Shown: positions 59,357 to 64,000 of the stretch, one piece after another
Layout of the letters: each line of letters begins with the position of its first letter
Numbering within the stretch: the first letter of the stretch is position 1
NCBI GenBank assembly: GCA_016700095.1
Contig: CP065002.1
Location: 560,463 to 624,462, forward strand
Origin: Candidatus Woesebacteria bacterium
GTDB taxonomy: Bacteria > Patescibacteriota > Microgenomatia > UBA8517
Length of the DNA stretch: 64,000 bases
Direction: 5' to 3'
The notes under the pieces: model-generated
Told to the model about the DNA's origin: nothing
Database searches by the model: none
Seen by the model: the letters and a program-made list of their open reading frames with translations, nothing else
Program-made: the position numbers and the translations under genes

Positions 59357-61705
59357 ATGAAGTTATTTAAACAAAACATATTACTTTTAATTGTATTTGT
59401 AACTGGCGCATGTGTTTTAATTATTGAAATAACAGCACTTCGTATTTTATCACCGTATTTTGGAAATACCATATACACATCAAGCAGTGTAATAAGTGTG
59501 ATATTAGCTGCGTTGTCGTGTGGTTATTATCTCGGCGGAAGGCTTGCTGACCGCAGACCTGAAAGAAAAATATTTTTTCTCATAATTTTAGCGTCGGGGT
59601 TGGCGACACTTATTACGTTTACAATTAACTTAATCTTTCTGCCATCGTTGTCGCAAGAATTATCTCTTGTAGAAGGGCCGTTAATCTCTGCCTTTGTTCT
59701 TTTTACAGTCCCCGCTTTCTTGTTAGGTACTCTCTCGCCTTACGTTATAAAGTTACAAGAAATTGTCAATCCGAAACTGGGTACAGGATCGCTTTCAGGA
59801 CAGGTATTTTTTTGGTCGACACTCGGAAGTATTGTCGGCAGTTTGCTTACAGGATTTTTCTTTATACCCTACTTTGGAGTATCGCAAATTGTTATTGCGA
59901 CAGGAGTAGTTCTTTCCTTGATTGGTTTTGTAGGTGTAACTGCTAATTTAAAAAAAAAGTGGACTAATTTATTAATAATCGGTATTTCTTTTCTGTCTTC
60001 TTTGCCATATGTTGTATTGAAAAGTAGAGTAAGTGTAAACACGATTTACTCCAAAGACGGTGTTTATGAGAAAATTGAGATACAAGATCGTGAACTCAAT
60101 GGTCACAAAAGTAGGATTTTGTATCAAGATATAAGTTTCTCAAGCGGTAAATACTTAGATTCACAAGAATTGGCTTTCAGTTACACGAAGTATTTTTCGT
60201 TATACAAATTATTTGAGATGGATATTAATCATGCCTTGGTTTTGGGCGGGGGTGCATACACAATTCCCAACGCTTTGGTCAAAGACAATACCAACGTAAT
60301 TGTTGATGTAGTCGATATTGAACCGGAACTTCTTGATATTGCAAAACAATATTTCGACGTTAGCGATAATGTAAGAATTATTAGTCACACGGGTGATGGC
60401 CGAAGATTTTTGAAAGATAATAAAAATACATATGACTATATTTTCAGCGATGTGTATTCATCGCTGATGTCTCTTCCTGTGCACCTGACAACCAAGGAGT
60501 TTTTCTTGTCTGTCAAAGATAGTCTTAATAGCGATGGGATATTTATTGCTAATGTAATTTGCGGTATAAATAGGGATAGTCCTAATTTATTTTTATCAGA
60601 AGCAAAAACTTTGTTAAGCGTTTTCCCAAATAGCTACTTTTTTGCCACTGTTTCCCCCGGTCATTCTCGAGTTCAAAATGTAATATTTTTGGCGGTAAAT
60701 AGCGATACACTTCTAAGTGAAGATGCCTTAACTAACTACATAGTTGATGGCAATAAAACACTTGCAGATAAAAGAATAAAGCTAGAGCGCTTTGATATGT
60801 CAAATCAGATAGTACTTACCGATAACTATTCTCCAATCGAAAGAATGATTGCTGACAATATCAAGAATTACGAAAGGATACGTGTTTTCAATGCAAATGA
60901 AGTAGTTCATTTAATTAAACAGCAGGTCGATATGGGAAGTCGTTATGTAGTTTCTAATGCACACGAGAAAGCTCGTAATTTAATTATTAATGAAATGGAA
61001 CTTTTGTCTGATGAAGTGGTGATACAAAGCTGGAAAGATAGCACATATGATTTTACTAATCTAATATTTAGAACTCATCCGGAAAAGAAGGATAGATTTA
61101 TTATTGCAACCCACTATGACAGTAAGAAAAAATCACTCGATAAACCTAATTTGCCAGTACCGGGTGCCAATGATTCAGCAAGTGGAACGGCGATGCTAAT
61201 TGAATTGGCAAGAGGTATCAAAGAATATAATATTGATACACATTATGGAATCGATTACGTATTTTTTGACGGCGAAGAAGGTTTGGAAGATTTTGGTGAA
61301 AGCAAGTGGGAAGCTGTCGGATCAAAATATTTTGCCAATAACTTGAAAAGTATATATGAAAGCAAACCGCCCAAAGGCGCAATCATTGTTGATATGATAT
61401 GTGATAAGGATCTAACACTATATAAAGAAATTAATTCCAATATGCATGCAAAAGAAATTGTCGACAACATCTGGTCAATTGGAGCAAATAAAAACGAAAG
61501 CATTTTTAAAAATGACATTAAATATAGTATTGCGGACGATCACACTAGCTTAAACGATATTGGTATACCAAGTGTATTAATTATTGATTATGATTATCCA
61601 TATTTTCACACAACGCATGATTTACCTGATAAGTGTTCTGAAGATAATCTCAAGGTTATAGGTGAAACTCTAATGGAATTTATGAAATCGCCAAACTTAT
61701 TATGA
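59357..61705 (+). CDS. Fusion protein: spermidine-synthase-like polytopic membrane domain plus C-terminal M28-family peptidase domain
   Basis: N-terminal about 220 aa with 7-8 TM helices, then an aminopropyltransferase-like Rossmann region (ALVLGGGAYT...VDVVDIEPELL). The C-terminus has ATHYDS...PGANDSASGTAMLIELARG...FFDGEEGL, resembling the Zn-ligand motifs of M28 peptidases. Confidence 0.55.
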   Translation: MKLFKQNILLLIVFVTGACVLIIEITALRILSPYFGNTIYTSSSVISVILAALSCGYYLGGRLADRRPERKIFFLIILASGLATLITFTINLIFLPSLSQELSLVEGPLISAFVLFTVPAFLLGTLSPYVIKLQEIVNPKLGTGSLSGQVFFWSTLGSIVGSLLTGFFFIPYFGVSQIVIATGVVLSLIGFVGVTANLKKKWTNLLIIGISFLSSLPYVVLKSRVSVNTIYSKDGVYEKIEIQDRELNGHKSRILYQDISFSSGKYLDSQELAFSYTKYFSLYKLFEMDINHALVLGGGAYTIPNALVKDNTNVIVDVVDIEPELLDIAKQYFDVSDNVRIISHTGDGRRFLKDNKNTYDYIFSDVYSSLMSLPVHLTTKEFFLSVKDSLNSDGIFIANVICGINRDSPNLFLSEAKTLLSVFPNSYFFATVSPGHSRVQNVIFLAVNSDTLLSEDALTNYIVDGNKTLADKRIKLERFDMSNQIVLTDNYSPIERMIADNIKNYERIRVFNANEVVHLIKQQVDMGSRYVVSNAHEKARNLIINEMELLSDEVVIQSWKDSTYDFTNLIFRTHPEKKDRFIIATHYDSKKKSLDKPNLPVPGANDSASGTAMLIELARGIKEYNIDTHYGIDYVFFDGEEGLEDFGESKWEAVGSKYFANNLKSIYESKPPKGAIIVDMICDKDLTLYKEINSNMHAKEIVDNIWSIGANKNESIFKNDIKYSIADDHTSLNDIGIPSVLIIDYDYPYFHTTHDLPDKCSEDNLKVIGETLMEFMKSPNLL

Positions 61706-61715
61706 TGGATTTAAT

Positions 61716-62783
61716 ATGATAGATAAACCTGAATTAGTAATCAATATAATTCTTACACTTGTAGCAATATTTATTGCCGATATTAGAAAAGTTGTATTTG
61801 AAAATCATACAACAAGTAATGAAGTTAATGTAAAAGACAGAGAACCGTTTCTTGATTTAATTAAAGGAGTGTCAATCATTGCCGTAATTATTATTCATGT
61901 AGGATATTTTTTCGGGGTTAGCAAAACCGAGGTGAATGTGTCGTTTTTGAATATTACGAATAATGTTTTAAGGTTTGCGGTACCCTTTTTTCTCATTACT
62001 TCGGGTATTTTAGCAAAGGATATTAGGAAAAAAGAAGTTGCTTGTCGGTCATTTGTTTTCGCAAAAACAAAAAATATATTAATCCCCTTTATCATTGCAA
62101 ATCTTTTCGTATATGTAATTTATAATAAAGATTTACGATACTTTATATTTGACCTTATTACCGGGAATACTTTACCGCCGTATTACTACATTATAGTGTT
62201 GTTGCAGATATATCTTATTTACCCTTTCATTTATTCTTACCGAAAACAATCTTGGTTTTTACCGCTTGCGTTTATTATTTCCTTTTTGTCATTTGTTTAT
62301 AAAGATTATTTAGAGCTTATGAAGATACCATTTATGGGTGGATATCTATTTTACTTTGCTTACGGTATGGCAATGCGCGAGCATTTTCTATCCAAAGAAA
62401 ACGTTAAGGTAAAAAATAGTTGGTATGTATTAATTATCTTGTTTTATTTGCTTACACTTATTTTGGGAGGATATTACTATAATATGCTTTTTATCTACGC
62501 TATAGTATCTTTCAACATTCTTTATGCGTTTAGAAAACCCTTGCGAAAAGCCAAAATCGGACTTGTTTTTATATTTTTAGGTAAATACACTTTGTGGATA
62601 TATCTAACCCATTTTATAGTTAGTCTTTGCATTTATACATTGGTTAAAGACATTTCTTATGGTTTTGCGATTAAATATATAATTGTTACAATTTTTAGTT
62701 TGCCCGTTAGTATTTTTGTAGGTCTGTCTTTCGACAAATTATATAAGCACCTGGTTAACTACATTTACATGTTAGTGAAATAA
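61716..62783 (+). CDS. Acyltransferase family 3 (OafA-like) membrane protein
   Basis: About 10 TM helices and an N-terminal LDLIKGVSIIAVIIIHV motif. Confidence 0.6.
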   Translation: MIDKPELVINIILTLVAIFIADIRKVVFENHTTSNEVNVKDREPFLDLIKGVSIIAVIIIHVGYFFGVSKTEVNVSFLNITNNVLRFAVPFFLITSGILAKDIRKKEVACRSFVFAKTKNILIPFIIANLFVYVIYNKDLRYFIFDLITGNTLPPYYYIIVLLQIYLIYPFIYSYRKQSWFLPLAFIISFLSFVYKDYLELMKIPFMGGYLFYFAYGMAMREHFLSKENVKVKNSWYVLIILFYLLTLILGGYYYNMLFIYAIVSFNILYAFRKPLRKAKIGLVFIFLGKYTLWIYLTHFIVSLCIYTLVKDISYGFAIKYIIVTIFSLPVSIFVGLSFDKLYKHLVNYIYMLVK

Positions 62784-62814
62784 GGTGTACAAGATTTAGT
62801 CTCAGTTTGCTTGC

Positions 62815-62843
62815 TTGAGAGAAGTAGTGCCAACAGGTATAAT
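62815..62843 (+). promoter_or_regulatory. Sigma70-type promoter for tRNA-Val (TTGAGA-17-TATAAT)
   Basis: -35 TTGAGA at 62815-62820, a 17-nt spacer, and a perfect -10 TATAAT at 62838-62843, 10 bp upstream of the tRNA 5' end. Confidence 0.6.
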
Positions 62844-62853
62844 TTGCTAGTTT

Positions 62854-62927
62854 GGTCGGTTAGCTCAGTTGGTTAGAGCGTTGCATTGACATTGCAAAGG
62901 CCGCAGGTTCGAGTCCTGCACCGACCA
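62854..62927 (+). tRNA. tRNA-Val, anticodon GAC
   Basis: GGTCGGTTAGCTCAGTTGGTTAGAGCGTTGCATTGACATTGCAAAGGCCGCAGGTTCGAGTCCTGCACCGACCA. The anticodon loop TTGACAT gives GAC. Confidence 0.85.
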
Positions 62928-62936
62928 CATAGCACA

Positions 62937-63161
62937 TTACTCACTTTCTGTCCTTCTTACTTGTGTCCGTCTTGTTCCAACTGCTTCCTCAGTTTTTCTC
63001 ATTCTATGTTCAATAACTCGTTTTGGTGTGCCTTGTGGGAAAGCAGAAACAGTTCCCTCTCCCCTAGCCGGATTTTTGGCCATTTCTTGCCATACTCTCC
63101 CACCTCCATGTTCTTCAACAATGTCTTTTTCCAGTTCTTCATATTTAGGATCCATTGGCAT
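62937..63161 (-). CDS. Possible small charged protein (74 aa), unknown function
   Basis: ORF in a pyrimidine-rich plus-strand stretch, directly downstream of the M20 peptidase gene. No recognisable motif; it may be non-coding. Confidence 0.25.
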   Translation of the reverse strand: MPMDPKYEELEKDIVEEHGGGRVWQEMAKNPARGEGTVSAFPQGTPKRVIEHRMRKTEEAVGTRRTQVRRTESE

Positions 63162-63164
63162 AAG

Positions 63165-64000
63165 TTATTTAATTCTTAATAGAAATGCTTTTAATATGTT
63201 GTAATAATTATCTAAGCTAGATAAATCAACCCATTCATTGTCAGAGTGAAGTCCTGCTCCTTTGGGGCCAAAAGTTATCGTATAACTTCCTGCTTTACTA
63301 AAGAATCTCATATCTGATCCGCCATGTTTGACTATTATGTTAGATTTGTGACCCGATATCTTATTCACGCAATATTGAAGTAATTTAATATCTCTATTGT
63401 TTTTATCTGTATACATGCAAGATTCGTTTAATAATAGCTCTTTCTTGAAACCTCTGGGTAACAGTTTGGTAATATTATTGCTTATTGTATCTTCATCGTC
63501 GGGAATATATCTGATATCTAAATACACTTCACAGTGATCCGGAACTTTATTAAAGGTGGTATTTTCAGCTTTGATGTGAGCGACATTAATTGTTGTTTTC
63601 CATGTTTCCTTTTTTGGAACTGGGTAGTGTTTCCATAAGTTAGTTAAAAATACGTTCATTTTTTGAATAGCATTTTCACCACGCCACGGGTAAGCTCCAT
63701 GTGAATTGACTCCGGCAGAGTGGATTTTGTACCATAAGATTCCTTTTTCTTGATGATCAATGTCAAGATCTGTTGGCTCTCCAGCAAGAGCAAATTCAGC
63801 TTTGACTCCATTGTTGATTTGAAACTTCGTTCCATTGAATCCACCAACTTCTTCATCGGTAACGAGTTGAAGACCAAGTGGATATTCTACTTTTTCAACT
63901 ACTTCTTTGAAAGCTAGAATTTCAGCTGCTGCAGCCGCTTTCATGTCATACGCCCCACGTCCGTATATGTTTTTCCCTTTTATGATTGGCGAAAATTGGG
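63165..64000 (-). CDS. M20-family metallopeptidase (ArgE/DapE-like), C-terminal part; the gene continues beyond the window end
   Basis: The frame stays open upstream of the track start. The translation ...NIYGRGAYDMKAAAAAE matches the M20 GRGxxDMK motif, followed by the dimerisation and C-terminal domains. Confidence 0.7.
   Translation of the reverse strand, partial: QFSPIIKGKNIYGRGAYDMKAAAAAEILAFKEVVEKVEYPLGLQLVTDEEVGGFNGTKFQINNGVKAEFALAGEPTDLDIDHQEKGILWYKIHSAGVNSHGAYPWRGENAIQKMNVFLTNLWKHYPVPKKETWKTTINVAHIKAENTTFNKVPDHCEVYLDIRYIPDDEDTISNNITKLLPRGFKKELLLNESCMYTDKNNRDIKLLQYCVNKISGHKSNIIVKHGGSDMRFFSKAGSYTITFGPKGAGLHSDNEWVDLSSLDNYYNILKAFLLRIK

Noticed and set aside
62886-63179. 97-aa plus-strand ORF
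   Set aside because: Its 5' end overlaps tRNA-Val and it runs antisense to a better-supported minus-strand frame.

Overview
This 64 kb window comes from an AT-rich, gene-dense bacterial chromosome. Genes overlap tightly, some starts are TTG, and two aminoacyl-tRNA synthetases are domain-reduced, which fits a small-genome lineage such as the candidate phyla radiation (Patescibacteria). That assignment is inference only.

Most of the window is housekeeping:
- hisS (partial), dnaB, efp, a dksA-like gene, an rluA-family gene, a CPA2 antiporter and a yebC-family gene
- gyrA, gyrB, a holB-like gene and an MsbA-like ABC exporter
- a KH-domain gene, rpsP, rnc, nusB, a short L32-like gene, recG, tyrS and a class A PBP
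- pheT, pheS, rplT, rpmI, infC, thrS, ahcY and a PfkB kinase
- tRNA-Leu(CAA), tRNA-Ala(GGC) and tRNA-Val(GAC)

The accessory content is concentrated in a complete type IV pilus locus at about 28.4-42.0 kb (pilB, pilT, pilC, two paralogous major pilins, pilD, six minor or pseudopilins, pilM, pilN, pilO).

Within that locus the most unusual signal is a GC-rich cluster of nested hairpin repeats at 33392-33767, lying between the two tandem major pilin genes. The hairpins follow the ATTCCC-N8-GGGAAT pattern, which I recall as the neisserial dRS3/NIME repeats that flank pilE/pilS there. The whole pilin pair is also bracketed by inverted (GTAGCAK)n heptamer arrays, at 32414-32483 on one side and 34488-34531 plus 34653-34740 on the other. 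I read this as a candidate pilin variation or recombination module.

A second anomaly is a 1.45 kb strand-skewed, AT-rich region at 16227-17670 with no ORF of 60 aa or more. It sits next to a XerC/D-family tyrosine recombinase and two orphan genes, wedged before gyrA. It could be a large ncRNA, a dif locus or an integrated element.

Smaller items are an EF-P carrying Arg at the modification position, a fused spermidine-synthase-like membrane / M28 peptidase protein, and a dapF-like / 580-aa orphan / serine-hydrolase / hisS operon.
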